A DNA stretch of 44,661 bases from Escherichia phage HH3. The notes under the pieces are model-generated. The model did no database searches and was not told the DNA's origin. It saw only the letters and a list, made by a program, of their open reading frames with translations. A program made the translations under genes and the position numbers. The stretch lies in sequence record PP759150; one strand, given 5' to 3'. Positions within the stretch are counted from its first letter, which is position 1; the number at the start of each line of letters is the position of its first letter. Below, piece after piece: positions 1 to 9,494 of the stretch.

Positions 1-59
1 AATCCGGGATTGCATAATACACGGCAGCGGGGTGCGGATTGCGGTCGTCGATGAACTAG

Positions 60-190
60 GCAACCAATGCGAGTTGCAGAATGGTGGGTGAGAAATGCAG
101 TTTGCGGACACAGCAGATAGCGATCGACTTTTTCATGCGCGTGATTAATATTGGTTGCATTCGTGCCCGCACCCTGCTAGATTGGTTGCA
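60..190. promoter_or_regulatory. Cluster of three copies of the 9-mer TGCAACCAA / TTGGTTGCA upstream of the first plus-strand ORF
   Basis: gcaaccaa at 60-67, ttggttgca at 151-159 and 182-190; the last is followed by caccaacacgagg and the ATG at 212. Confidence 0.5.
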
Positions 191-211
191 CACCAACACG
201 AGGACTGAGCG

Positions 212-502
212 ATGAGAAAATTAATCTGGAATTACACAATGGCCCTGGCGAAGCCGGTCGAAGTGAAACACACAAACGGCAGCGCACCCGAGGCGTTCAT
301 GACCGCTCTGGCCTGGCAAGCGATCGTGAACGCGACCGCGGGCCTGAAAGACCCCGAACCACTGCGCATGGCAATCCAGGCCTACGCGCTGGCATTTGCC
401 CGTGAGCGCCTGGCGTATCGCTTCGGTGTCGGTGAGACGGCAGCGACAAACATCGCCCGGATTGCAGCCCAACGCGAGCTATTCGCCCAGCTTGCGAAAT
501 AA
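212..502 (+). CDS. hypothetical protein (96 aa)
   Basis: ORF with upstream acgaggac RBS-like sequence; no recognisable motif. Confidence 0.5.
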   Translation: MRKLIWNYTMALAKPVEVKHTNGSAPEAFMTALAWQAIVNATAGLKDPEPLRMAIQAYALAFARERLAYRFGVGETAATNIARIAAQRELFAQLAK

Positions 503-511
503 GGGGCCAAA

Positions 512-781
512 ATGGACCGTAGACGAGCTAAACAGCTTTCGTGGCATATTCCACTGCATTGCATACGAATATGGGCGCAGAATGCGGTTGAGGGCGATTC
601 TGTGTTCTGGTGCTATCGCGACGATGTGAAGCCATTAACGCAGACACGCTACTTGCACCAGTTCGCAGCAAAACACGATTTCAGGGTGCGGACTTCCTTG
701 CAACCAATGGGAATCCGTATTACATTACGCCGGAAGCCCGCCGTTGAGCGGGTAGGCAAACACTGGAGACTGAGCAAATGA
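512..781 (+). CDS. hypothetical protein (89 aa)
   Basis: ORF with RBS aagggg 7 nt upstream of ATG; contains one in-frame copy of the gcaaccaa motif at 700-707. Confidence 0.5.
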   Translation: MDRRRAKQLSWHIPLHCIRIWAQNAVEGDSVFWCYRDDVKPLTQTRYLHQFAAKHDFRVRTSLQPMGIRITLRRKPAVERVGKHWRLSK

Positions 782-921
782 CACCAGCACTAATGGCGGG
801 ATTCTCGCAGAAGTTTATTTCTGTTGATGCCTGCATAGCAGATTATGAGATAGACGGCATCGCTACTGTGTGCGATGGCGACACGAAAACTGCCGATGAG
901 ATTGAGGAGACAGAACAATGA
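778..921 (+). CDS. small hypothetical protein (47 aa)
   Basis: Hand-translated; ATGA overlaps with both neighbours (778 and 918) suggest translational coupling; not in ORF track because under 60 aa. Confidence 0.3.
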   Translation: MTPALMAGFSQKFISVDACIADYEIDGIATVCDGDTKTADEIEETEQ

Positions 922-1448
922 AATTACTATTCCGCCGCAAATCAGACGGTTATATCCTAAAGCCGATCCAGGCCCTGACTAAGCATGTGCGCCTGCAGCA
1001 TGTCGCAAGTGATCGGGTCTGGCGGGCGACAAAAGCAAGGATGCCGGAAGACTACGAGATTCTCACGCATGATATTGAGCGCGGCGATGTGCTGCGTGAT
1101 ATCCGCGACGGTAGTATGTGGATCGTGGAGTATGTCGGGCCGCACGCGTTGCGTATGCAAAACCGCAAGGATGGCGTAGCCGGTATGACTTACTTCGGCC
1201 TCGTAAATTACGAGCGAGTGGGTCGCAAATACAGCCTTCGGGGCCGCCAGCCGCATGAGCGAGCGAACACCTACGACGCCCACCAGGTGCAGGCGAAGAT
1301 GAAACGCGCCGCACACGAAATCATCAATCGCTTTGACGCCGTGACGAATGCACAGCGCCATGCGCAGGAATACGGCGTTGGATTCATCCGGGTAGAACGA
1401 GACGGCAGCATGAAAGCCATCGACCCGCGCTCGGTGATTCTGAAATGA
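918..1448 (+). CDS. hypothetical protein (176 aa)
   Basis: ORF, RBS gaggagacagaacaATG. Confidence 0.55.
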   Translation: MKLLFRRKSDGYILKPIQALTKHVRLQHVASDRVWRATKARMPEDYEILTHDIERGDVLRDIRDGSMWIVEYVGPHALRMQNRKDGVAGMTYFGLVNYERVGRKYSLRGRQPHERANTYDAHQVQAKMKRAAHEIINRFDAVTNAQRHAQEYGVGFIRVERDGSMKAIDPRSVILK

Positions 1449-1532
1449 ATAAATTCGATTTAGTGCGGGATAAATTAACCCGCGATTTGTATCTGGTTGT
1501 AGCCGTAACCCATTACCAGGTTAAACTACGTA

Positions 1533-1736
1533 ATGTGGCTACTAAGCAAGCGCACTGGGCACCACGCCATAACCCACATCTGGAGGTCGTATCCCGTGTC
1601 GGCTGTGATTCGTGATTTGTTGGTGTATAACCGCTTTGAGATAGGCGGTCGGGTATTTCGCAATTACTTCGTGGCGCGTGCATGGGCGCGCCATATTGGC
1701 AAACCGGAAGGGGCAATTAGATGTTACACGATGTGA
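1533..1736 (+). CDS. hypothetical protein (67 aa)
   Basis: ORF overlapping start of next gene by 16 nt; weak support. Confidence 0.3.
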   Translation: MWLLSKRTGHHAITHIWRSYPVSAVIRDLLVYNRFEIGGRVFRNYFVARAWARHIGKPEGAIRCYTM

Positions 1737-2008
1737 TTTATTGGTTTGGTTTGATCTGCGGGCTGTGCCTGCTTACAGCGGTGCTGTTGGGCGTCCTGAT
1801 GTTCGTAGTGTGGCCCGCCGTGGAAGCCGCCAGCATTACCCGCATGACGTTCGAGATATACAAGCGCCGTGGAATCACGGAGCACCCGCCCCGGCTTCGG
1901 ATGTGGTGGCTGTGGTATCGGGATATGATAGGCGGTCGAACATTCGAAGCCGTCCGATCATCCGGGTGGGAGTGGAAAGGCGTCGGCAAGTGGTCCATTT
2001 TCGATTAA
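1721..2008 (+). CDS. small membrane protein (95 aa, one N-terminal transmembrane segment)
   Basis: Hydrophobic stretch WFGLICGLCLLTAVLLGVLMFVVWPAV. Confidence 0.5.
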   Translation: MLHDVIYWFGLICGLCLLTAVLLGVLMFVVWPAVEAASITRMTFEIYKRRGITEHPPRLRMWWLWYRDMIGGRTFEAVRSSGWEWKGVGKWSIFD

Positions 2009-2060
2009 TTATGCAAGCGTGATATAGTCCCAGTGAGATAAAACTTACTGGGACTTTTTT

Positions 2061-2351
2061 ATGGATAAGCTAAACGAGTGGCTATTCGCCCTGGCATGTC
2101 TGGCGGGTGGCTTCGTAGGCGCACGCATTCATGGCGATGCTACGAAGGGGCCGCTAAACTTCGTTTTGTATGTCGTAGTTGGCTTCCTGTGTGCCATATT
2201 TGGCGCACCGGCTATTGCCGAGTGGGCTGGTTTGTCGGGGGAGCGCACTGTCGCCGGTTTGGGCTTCGTAACCGCAATCTTCTGGATGCCAATCGCCGAC
2301 CGGATCAGGGAGACTATTGCGTCGTTCCGACTTCCGGGAGGTGCAAAATGA
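2061..2351 (+). CDS. holin-like membrane protein (96 aa)
   Basis: Two to three hydrophobic segments; immediately upstream of the endolysin; ATGA overlap with next gene. Confidence 0.6.
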   Translation: MDKLNEWLFALACLAGGFVGARIHGDATKGPLNFVLYVVVGFLCAIFGAPAIAEWAGLSGERTVAGLGFVTAIFWMPIADRIRETIASFRLPGGAK

Positions 2352-2593
2352 TTATCTCCGTCCTGTTGTTTGTTATCATCGGGGCTTCGTCCCTGTTTAA
2401 CGTGTATGCGCCGTCCGTCCAGGATGGCATTTTCGGTCGGGTGCTGTATCTGCTAACGGCAATGGTCTGTATTATCGGATTGTTGCAAACAGGAGACGTA
2501 TCTGATACCACCTGGACCGCGTTAATCTGGCTGTTTGCATTGCGCACCCTGCGTAATGCTGTTTTGAATGAGGTAAAACATGCGATTCAGTGA
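2348..2593 (+). CDS. small membrane protein, holin or antiholin partner (81 aa)
   Basis: Strong RBS gggagg; two hydrophobic segments; C-terminal part of track ORF 2078-2593, which I consider N-terminally over-extended. Confidence 0.5.
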   Translation: MIISVLLFVIIGASSLFNVYAPSVQDGIFGRVLYLLTAMVCIIGLLQTGDVSDTTWTALIWLFALRTLRNAVLNEVKHAIQ

Positions 2594-3071
2594 CAACGGT
2601 CTAAGATTCACGGCAGCATGGGAGGCTTTCAGCCCGGTGCCGTATTTCGCGACCAAGAAAGAGCAGGCCCGCGGCCTGTACACCTGGGGTTATGGTCATA
2701 CAGGCACTAATCCGCCTCGAAGCATTACCCGCGAGGAAGCGCTGGCACTGCTCAAGCGCGATGTGGCGTATGCCGAGGCTTGGGTGAACAAATACGCGCA
2801 TAAGAGCATTAACCAGGCGCAATTCGACGCGCTGGTGGACCTGGTAATCAACGCCGGTCCTGGCCCGATCGTACCGGATGACGTCGCCGGTGACTTCGAC
2901 GATGCTGTCCGCCTGGGTGACTGGGCAAAAGTCCGGGCTACACTGCCACAATTCCGCAAGCAAGGCGGGGAAGTGCTTAAGGGTCTGGTACGCCGTGCAA
3001 TCGGCAGACAGGCGTTATTTGATGGTAAGCAGTGGGACGTTGCCGAGCGAATCGGTCGTAACGCTGCATAA
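2580..3071 (+). CDS. endolysin, glycoside hydrolase family 24 (T4-lysozyme-like)
   Basis: Motif region ...KKEQARGLYTWGYGHTG... matches the GH24 lysozyme catalytic-region pattern; follows holin-like genes. Confidence 0.8.
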   Translation: MRFSDNGLRFTAAWEAFSPVPYFATKKEQARGLYTWGYGHTGTNPPRSITREEALALLKRDVAYAEAWVNKYAHKSINQAQFDALVDLVINAGPGPIVPDDVAGDFDDAVRLGDWAKVRATLPQFRKQGGEVLKGLVRRAIGRQALFDGKQWDVAERIGRNAA

Positions 3072-3087
3072 TACGAGGTGACACGAT

Positions 3088-3255
3088 ATGTTAAAAAGTA
3101 TTCTTGATCATAATGCGGACGCGCTTGCCGCACTGGCTAAAACCGAAGACCCAGGCGCACGCGCTATCATCGCGGACACTATCAACCACGCTGGGGTCTT
3201 TGATGCGAAGCTGCCAAGCCCACCACCGCCGGAAGAACCCGGCCCCGAAGCGTAA
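3088..3255 (+). CDS. small hypothetical protein (55 aa, Pro-rich C-terminus)
   Basis: Hand-translated ORF with RBS gaggtg; below ORF-track size cutoff. Confidence 0.3.
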   Translation: MLKSILDHNADALAALAKTEDPGARAIIADTINHAGVFDAKLPSPPPPEEPGPEA

Positions 3256-3262
3256 ACAATCA

Positions 3263-3286
3263 AGCCCGGTTAATTCCGGGCTTTTT
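3263..3286 (+). terminator. rho-independent terminator
   Basis: agcccgg-ttaatt-ccgggct followed by TTTTT. Confidence 0.7.
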
Positions 3287-3327
3287 ATTGCTTGACTTGC
3301 AACCAACCAACAAGAGGAGTAATCAAG

Positions 3328-3486
3328 ATGGCACGTAAAGATGTTTGGGTATTGGCAATCTGGACCACCGCGGCTTTTATCGGCATGGTTATTTGCGAAT
3401 TGATATTGCCCGCCGCCATATGGACCGTGGTATATTGTCCACGGTCCACTAATCAGGAATTAATTAAATATGCACCCGCAAACTAA
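3328..3486 (+). CDS. small membrane protein (52 aa)
   Basis: RBS agaggag 8 nt upstream of ATG at 3328; hydrophobic core VWVLAIWTTAAFIGMVICELILPAAIWTVVY; 9-mer motif at 3299-3306 just upstream. Confidence 0.45.
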   Translation: MARKDVWVLAIWTTAAFIGMVICELILPAAIWTVVYCPRSTNQELIKYAPAN

Positions 3487-4612
3487 AATTACCGATGAGC
3501 AATTGATCGCAGAAATTCAGGCAGGGACTACGGTTAAAGAGATTGCGAAGAAATACGGCATTGCACTTCGAAATGTCTATATGCGCAAAGCCCGCCTATC
3601 GAAAAAGGGAATTGGTCACGGTAATGATGCCGTGATCCGTAAGCGAGTTGCAGATGGCTTCGGGGTTAAACGCGTGTCTGCCCTGGTGCGCGGTAATGGC
3701 GAAGAGGTCATGTCGTGGGTCATCACTGAGCAGGATAAGGAGCGCCAACTCGAAGCCATGCGCGCTGTGGTCGAGGGTATGAACAGCGAAATCACACCGG
3801 CAGCGCCCGTAAACGCCCCATGCCAGTATACCCAGGCGCTCGACTTGCTCAACCTGTACACTGTGTCCGACTTCCACCTGGGTATGCTGGCATGGGGCGA
3901 GGAGACTGGAGAAGATTGGGATATGGCGATCGCCGAAGACCTGTTCTACCGCTGGTTTGTCGAAGCCTTCGCACGCGCACCAGACGCAGGCACTGCCGTG
4001 ATCAACATCCTCGGGGATATGGCCCACTTTGATAGTCTCGATGCCGTCACCCCTGCCAGCGGGCACGTATTGGACGCCGACACCCGGTACCAGAAGTTGG
4101 TCCGCTACATGATTCGCATGGTGCGCAACGTCGTAGAACTTGCGCTGCAAAAACACTACAAAGTCAAACTGCTAATCGTCCAGGGTAATCATGACGAATC
4201 CGGTATGATTTGGCTTGCTGAGATGTTCAATACCTTGTATGAGAACGAGCCGCGCGTCGATGTGGACACGTCCCCGGACGTCTACAAAATGGTGCAGCAC
4301 GGTAAGACTACGCTATTTTTCCACCACGGGCACAAAGCGCGATTCGATGTTATCGAGCAGGTTATGATCGCTAAATTCAGACAGGCGTTCGGGGCGAGCG
4401 AATACAGCTACGCGCACGTAGGCCATTTGCACCACCAGAAGATTGTTGAATCCCGCAACATGATTGTTGAACAGCACCGGACGCTCGCAGCGAAAGACGC
4501 CTACGCCAGTCGTGGCGGTTGGATGTCCGGTCGCAGCGCAAACGTCATCACCTATAGCGCCAACTACGGAGAAGTAGCGCGCTTAACCATTAGCCCGGAA
4601 ATGTTGAAATGA
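3470..4612 (+). CDS. HTH domain fused to calcineurin-like metallophosphoesterase (Mre11/SbcD-like motif set), 380 aa
   Basis: N-terminal HTH-like TTVKEIAKKYGIALRNVY; phosphoesterase motifs SDFHLG, GDMAHFD, GNHDE, GHLHH in canonical order. Confidence 0.6.
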   Translation: MHPQTKITDEQLIAEIQAGTTVKEIAKKYGIALRNVYMRKARLSKKGIGHGNDAVIRKRVADGFGVKRVSALVRGNGEEVMSWVITEQDKERQLEAMRAVVEGMNSEITPAAPVNAPCQYTQALDLLNLYTVSDFHLGMLAWGEETGEDWDMAIAEDLFYRWFVEAFARAPDAGTAVINILGDMAHFDSLDAVTPASGHVLDADTRYQKLVRYMIRMVRNVVELALQKHYKVKLLIVQGNHDESGMIWLAEMFNTLYENEPRVDVDTSPDVYKMVQHGKTTLFFHHGHKARFDVIEQVMIAKFRQAFGASEYSYAHVGHLHHQKIVESRNMIVEQHRTLAAKDAYASRGGWMSGRSANVITYSANYGEVARLTISPEMLK

Positions 4613-4821
4613 TCAGACAAGTATTCATGAGCACGCAGGCCACCCGCCTGAAAGAACTACGCAAACAACTCGAAGGCTTGCGCCGATTCGAACAAACGGC
4701 AGCGGCGGTAGGCATGTCTATCAGCGAACGGATCGAGATACTATCGCAAATACGCTACACAGAGGGCGCGATAAGCGAAGTACAAAGCATGTTAACCCGA
4801 TACTACGGGCGCGACGTTTAA
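4609..4821 (+). CDS. hypothetical coiled-coil protein (70 aa)
   Basis: ATGA coupling with upstream gene. Confidence 0.4.
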   Translation: MIRQVFMSTQATRLKELRKQLEGLRRFEQTAAAVGMSISERIEILSQIRYTEGAISEVQSMLTRYYGRDV

Positions 4822-4938
4822 ACCGCATAGCCTGCCGATTTGGTGGGCTTTTTTGTGCCTGTTATAATCCCCCTTAGATGGCAGGGCCGTCTCCTATGTT
4901 GCCGATGGTCGGCGCATATGAACAAAAGGGCTTATATC

Positions 4939-5490
4939 ATGGCAGAAATCAAAGTTAAGGGCCGACGCGCCAAACTGGACGGACGAGTAGCAGTAACCCC
5001 GCGCCGTAAACCAGGCGAGCAAACCGAGCATACCAATCTCGGACCTGAAATCGAGTACGGAAAGCGCCGTAAAGGCGGCAAATGTGGACGCCCTACTGAC
5101 TACCGATCCGTTTACTGCGACCAGCTTCGCCGCTATTTTGCCGACGCCGACGCCTGGCAGGTAAACTACTCCGATAAAGGCGCTGCGCAAGTAATCCCCC
5201 GCAACAAAATGCCAACCTTCGGTCGATTTGCCGCGGAAATCGGTGTGGGCGTAGCTTGCCTGTATCGCTGGGCGCGTGCGCATGAGGAGTTCGCCGAGGC
5301 GATGGCTGACGCTATGGAGTTGCAGAAAACCTTCCTGATGGAAGCTGGCGGCGTGACCATCGCGGCGGGCTTCGCTACATTCCTGCTTAAAGCAAACCAC
5401 GGCGTCCGCGACGACGTACCGCTGGATGACGACGAAGATGATAACGGCGACGTCGTTGTGGAACCTACCGGCAAAGGTCAGGGTGATTAA
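4939..5490 (+). CDS. terminase small subunit (start uncertain, 4918 or 4939)
   Basis: Position directly upstream of TerL; TerS-like segment FGRFAAEIGVGVACLYRWARAHEEFAEAM; acidic C-terminus. Confidence 0.6.
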   Translation: MAEIKVKGRRAKLDGRVAVTPRRKPGEQTEHTNLGPEIEYGKRRKGGKCGRPTDYRSVYCDQLRRYFADADAWQVNYSDKGAAQVIPRNKMPTFGRFAAEIGVGVACLYRWARAHEEFAEAMADAMELQKTFLMEAGGVTIAAGFATFLLKANHGVRDDVPLDDDEDDNGDVVVEPTGKGQGD

Positions 5491-6875
5491 TGCGTAACTA
5501 TGCGGCAGAACATCGCGCACTGGAACGCGCGATCGCAAAGCGCAACCGACCGCCACGCCCTACACGCGTTGCGCAGGCCGTCCGCCTTTACCAACCTGAT
5601 TGCCTTCCGCACCAGGTCGAACTATTGCGCGACACGAAGACTAAAATCCTCGGCCTGTGTTCCGGCTTCGGTGGTGGAAAGTCGTGGGTCGCTGCGCGTA
5701 AGGTCATCCAGCTTTTAACCCTGAACCCAGGCCATGACGGCATCGTGACCGAACCGACTATTCCACTCCTGGTTAAAATCATGTATCCGGAACTGGAGAA
5801 GGCATTCGACGAGGCTGGCTTCCGGTGGAAGTTCAATAAGCAGGACAAGATCTACAACGTGCTGGTGAAAGGCAAATGGACCCGCGTTATATGTGAATCA
5901 ATGGAGAATTATACCCGCCTGATCGGGGTCAACGCCGCGTGGATTGTTGCCGATGAATTCGACACCACTAAGCAAGACGTTGCTATGGCGGCATATCACA
6001 AATTGCTCGGTCGTCTGCGTGCTGGCTTCGTCCGCCAGTTCGTCATCGTGTCAACGCCTGAAGGCTACCGGGCGATGTACCAAATTTTCGAGGTGGAGAA
6101 AGACAACCAGAAACGCTTGATCCGGGCGAAGACCACGGACAACCACCATTTACCGGCAGACTTTATCGACACGCTGCGCAGTCAGTACCCGGCTAACCTG
6201 ATCGACGCGTACCTGAACGGCCTGTTTGTTAACCTTACGTCGGGCGCGGTGTACAAGATGTTCAACCGCGAGGAGAACGCCAGCACCGAAGAAGTGAAGC
6301 CGGACGACACGCTGATTATCGGTATGGACTTTAACGTCACGAAGATGGCGGCGGTTGTGTACGTCAGACGGCAGCGAGTCACCGAGAACAAGGAGTTCCG
6401 TGACGAGATTCACGCGGTGGATGAATTTGTGGACCTGTTTGACACCCCGGCTATGATTGAGGCGATCGAAGAGCGCTACCCGGAACATTGTGCCGCCGGT
6501 AGGGTCGTCGTTTACCCGGATAGCAGTGGCAAGTCCCGCAAAACGGTTAACGCGTCGTCGTCCGATATCGCACAACTGGAAGACGCTGGCTTTGATGTGG
6601 AATATGACAGCGTTAACCCGCCAGTGAAAGACCGATTGATCGCGATGAATACGATGATGTGCAACTCGAAGGGGGTGCGCCAGTATTTTGTCAACCTGGA
6701 TAAATGCCCTACACTAGCGAAATGTCTGGAACAGCAGGTGTATGACCTGAAGAAAGGCGAACCGGATAAGACCGCCGGTGTGGACCACATGAATGACGCG
6801 GCTGGCTACCCTATTGCGCACTTGTTCCCTGTGATTCGTCCGATCGCCGTTGTTCCAACCGTAGACTTCTACTAA
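5490..6875 (+). CDS. terminase large subunit (461 aa)
   Basis: Walker A-like LCSGFGGGKSW near N-terminus; size and position before portal. Confidence 0.85.
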   Translation: MRNYAAEHRALERAIAKRNRPPRPTRVAQAVRLYQPDCLPHQVELLRDTKTKILGLCSGFGGGKSWVAARKVIQLLTLNPGHDGIVTEPTIPLLVKIMYPELEKAFDEAGFRWKFNKQDKIYNVLVKGKWTRVICESMENYTRLIGVNAAWIVADEFDTTKQDVAMAAYHKLLGRLRAGFVRQFVIVSTPEGYRAMYQIFEVEKDNQKRLIRAKTTDNHHLPADFIDTLRSQYPANLIDAYLNGLFVNLTSGAVYKMFNREENASTEEVKPDDTLIIGMDFNVTKMAAVVYVRRQRVTENKEFRDEIHAVDEFVDLFDTPAMIEAIEERYPEHCAAGRVVVYPDSSGKSRKTVNASSSDIAQLEDAGFDVEYDSVNPPVKDRLIAMNTMMCNSKGVRQYFVNLDKCPTLAKCLEQQVYDLKKGEPDKTAGVDHMNDAAGYPIAHLFPVIRPIAVVPTVDFY

Positions 6876-6886
6876 GGAAACCGACC

Positions 6887-8407
6887 ATGACCGTTAACGT
6901 TGACAACCAGCACCCGCTCTATGCGCGCATCGCGCCAGAGTGGAAAATGATCCGTGACTGCGTAGCAGGGGAGCGCGCCGTGAAGGCGTGCGGCCCATTA
7001 TACCTGCCACACCCCGCAAGCGGCGACACCACCGACCCTAAATCGCGTGCGCGTTATAAGGCGTATAAGCAGCGCGCCGTCTTCCTGAACGCCACCGCCC
7101 GAACCCTTAACGCACTGTTAGGTGTCGCCTTCGCCAAACCGGTGAGTCTCGACCTTTCCGGGGCAATGGCTGACCTGATTGATGACGTCGACGGCAGTGG
7201 TATGCCGCTGCCGCAACTCCTGCGCGGTGCTATGTCGGAAGTGCTGCAATCAGGCCGTGCGGGCTTTATGGTGGACTACGATCGCCAGGCGCATTTTGAT
7301 GAACTTGGTAACGTAGTGCCGCAGACAGCCGCTGAGATGGCGTCACACCGCCCGCTTATCCGCCTGTACACGGCTGAACAGATCATCAACTGGCGGCAGA
7401 CACACGGTGTCGACACGCTAATCGTGCTGAAGGAAACGGACGAAATCAGCACCGAAGACCCGGACGACTTCGCAAACCACGAGGTAACCATCTGGACCGA
7501 GCTTCGCATGATTGACGGCAAGGCACATGCCCGCCGCTGGTTTTACAACGCGGACACGTCCGAGGTGCAAATGGACTTGCCGCGGGGATTCACCCGCACC
7601 GACCTTGTACCACTGGTGGATGCCGCTGGTAACGCGCTTACGCAACTGCCTTTCTGTTGGTGTGGCGCGGTGGATAACAATGCAACACCAGATGCAGCAC
7701 CGCTGGCGGATATAGCGTCCATCAACATTAAGCACTACAACGCCGAAGCAGACGTCGCCGAGATTGCGCACATCGTGGGTCAACCTACACTCATTGCGAC
7801 GGGTCTGACCCAATCATGGGCGGATAAAAACCTGAAGGGCGGGATCGCACTCGGGGCAACTAAGGGCGTTATCCTGGGCCAGAACATGGACGCTAAACTG
7901 CTTCAGGCGGAGGAGAGAAACCTGTCAGTTGCGCTGTGTGAGCGACGCGAGTTGCAAATGGCTAAACTGGGAGCGGCCCTGGTCGAGAAGGGGACCGCAC
8001 CTAAGACGGCAACTGAAGCAGCCTACGATGCGCAGACTGATAACAGTATCCTGTCACTGATTGCCGGTAACGTTGAGAAGGCTTTCAACCGTGCGCTGCA
8101 AATCGTCAAGCTGTTCACTGGCGACACCGCAGATCAACGCGTAACGCTGAATAAGTTCTACACCGAGATCACGGTTGATGCACAGCTTATGACCGCGATG
8201 ATGGCGGGTGTGCAGACCGGTACGGTCCGTCTGGCGGACTTTATCAAGTGGATGATGGCCCAGGGCGTTATCGATGACTCGCAAACCGTTGAGCAGGTGG
8301 AAGACGAATTGCGAAATCAGAATCCATTGCCTCAAATGTCACCGGATGCGGTAGAATCTACCGAAGAAGACCCGGACAAGGTAGCGGACAATGGCGAAGA
8401 CAATTAA
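6887..8407 (+). CDS. portal protein (506 aa)
   Basis: Size and position immediately after TerL; acidic C-terminal tail. Confidence 0.75.
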   Translation: MTVNVDNQHPLYARIAPEWKMIRDCVAGERAVKACGPLYLPHPASGDTTDPKSRARYKAYKQRAVFLNATARTLNALLGVAFAKPVSLDLSGAMADLIDDVDGSGMPLPQLLRGAMSEVLQSGRAGFMVDYDRQAHFDELGNVVPQTAAEMASHRPLIRLYTAEQIINWRQTHGVDTLIVLKETDEISTEDPDDFANHEVTIWTELRMIDGKAHARRWFYNADTSEVQMDLPRGFTRTDLVPLVDAAGNALTQLPFCWCGAVDNNATPDAAPLADIASINIKHYNAEADVAEIAHIVGQPTLIATGLTQSWADKNLKGGIALGATKGVILGQNMDAKLLQAEERNLSVALCERRELQMAKLGAALVEKGTAPKTATEAAYDAQTDNSILSLIAGNVEKAFNRALQIVKLFTGDTADQRVTLNKFYTEITVDAQLMTAMMAGVQTGTVRLADFIKWMMAQGVIDDSQTVEQVEDELRNQNPLPQMSPDAVESTEEDPDKVADNGEDN

Positions 8408-9494
8408 TCAATATATGGCGGATCGAATGATTCGCCGACACATCTTCACCCAGCGCCTGAGTAATGACCAGGCGCGAAGGGTGCTGTCCATGTGGGGGAA
8501 GTTCCGGCCTACATTACTGGGAAAGCTGACTGAGTTACTTGATGGCAAATCGTCAATGAATAACAAGGCACTTTCCACTCTGTTAACGCAAATCGACAAG
8601 ACTGTTAAAGCAGAATTGCGCACCGAGTTTAAGGCGTTGGCTGAAAGCCTTCAGGAGTTTGCCGACACCGAGGCCGATTATCTCGCCGACACATTAACGG
8701 CAGCGATCCAGCCGGTGGTCGCCGTACCTGCGGTCGAGGTGGTTGGCGTAGTGACCGGTGCGCAGATCGCAGCGACTGCGATGAAGAACCCGTTCCAGGG
8801 TAATACTATGATGCAATGGCCTGACTCACTTTCTGAGTGGACCAGGACGCAGATCGGTAATCAGGTGCGGGCGGGATTCATCCAGGGCAAGCCAACGATG
8901 GAAATTATAGCGGACGTGAGGCGCGCACTCGGCGGTCGTAGTGCGCAAGCTATCTCAAGCGTTGTTAAGTCCGCAGTCAACCACTATGCGGCGACAGCCC
9001 GCGAATTAATGGTGAAAGCTAATGACGATATTCTCGAAGGTCGCCAATGGTTATCTACATTGGACACGCATACTTCTCCCATGTGCCAGCTACGCGATCG
9101 CCTGTTTTATCCGGTTGATGTTACTCCCGACACCAAAGGAAAGCGCGGCGGGAAAATGGTGGCTGGGTCACAATATGGCGCTGGGCCGGGCAAGTTGCAT
9201 TATTGTTGCCGGTCTACGGAGACGTGGAAGGTTAAAGGCATGGAAGATTGGCCCAGTGGTAAGCGTCCGGCACTAAAGGCTGACGCGGGCAGATTGCTGA
9301 GTGAGCAGGTTGACGCGCAGACTGATTTCTTCTCATGGGTGCAGCGCCAGCCGCGCCATATCCTGGAAGAGTTATACGGAGTGCAACGCGCCGACCAGAT
9401 TATGCGCGGCGTGAAAGTGCCGAAGATGTTCACCGATTCCGGCGAACTAATGACTATCGCACAGCTTAAAAACCGGGGGTTATGGCGTGATTAA
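8391..9494 (+). CDS. head morphogenesis protein (Mu gpF / SPP1 gp7-like minor head protein)
   Basis: Follows portal; contains the GKLHYCCRS Cys motif typical of the Mu F-like domain. Confidence 0.65.
   Translation: MAKTINQYMADRMIRRHIFTQRLSNDQARRVLSMWGKFRPTLLGKLTELLDGKSSMNNKALSTLLTQIDKTVKAELRTEFKALAESLQEFADTEADYLADTLTAAIQPVVAVPAVEVVGVVTGAQIAATAMKNPFQGNTMMQWPDSLSEWTRTQIGNQVRAGFIQGKPTMEIIADVRRALGGRSAQAISSVVKSAVNHYAATARELMVKANDDILEGRQWLSTLDTHTSPMCQLRDRLFYPVDVTPDTKGKRGGKMVAGSQYGAGPGKLHYCCRSTETWKVKGMEDWPSGKRPALKADAGRLLSEQVDAQTDFFSWVQRQPRHILEELYGVQRADQIMRGVKVPKMFTDSGELMTIAQLKNRGLWRD

Noticed and set aside
957-1361. Numerous antisense or out-of-frame track ORFs nested inside larger genes (for example 957-1361, 3596-4156, 4894-5556, 12549-13127, 22642-23073, 24637-25101, 36824-37825, 39331-40140)
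   Set aside because: Each is fully contained in a longer, better-supported ORF on the opposite strand or in another frame; they lack RBS context and are typical shadow ORFs of GC-rich coding sequence.
2078-2593. Track ORF of 171 aa spanning the holin region
   Set aside because: It overlaps the 2061-2351 gene in another frame; the better model is two small membrane protein genes (2061-2351 and 2348-2593), the second with a strong gggagg RBS.
4822-4860. Possible terminator between 4821 and the TerS gene (gcatagcctgccgatttggtgggcttttttgtg)
   Set aside because: It has a T-run but only a weak 3-4 bp stem, so I did not list it as a feature.
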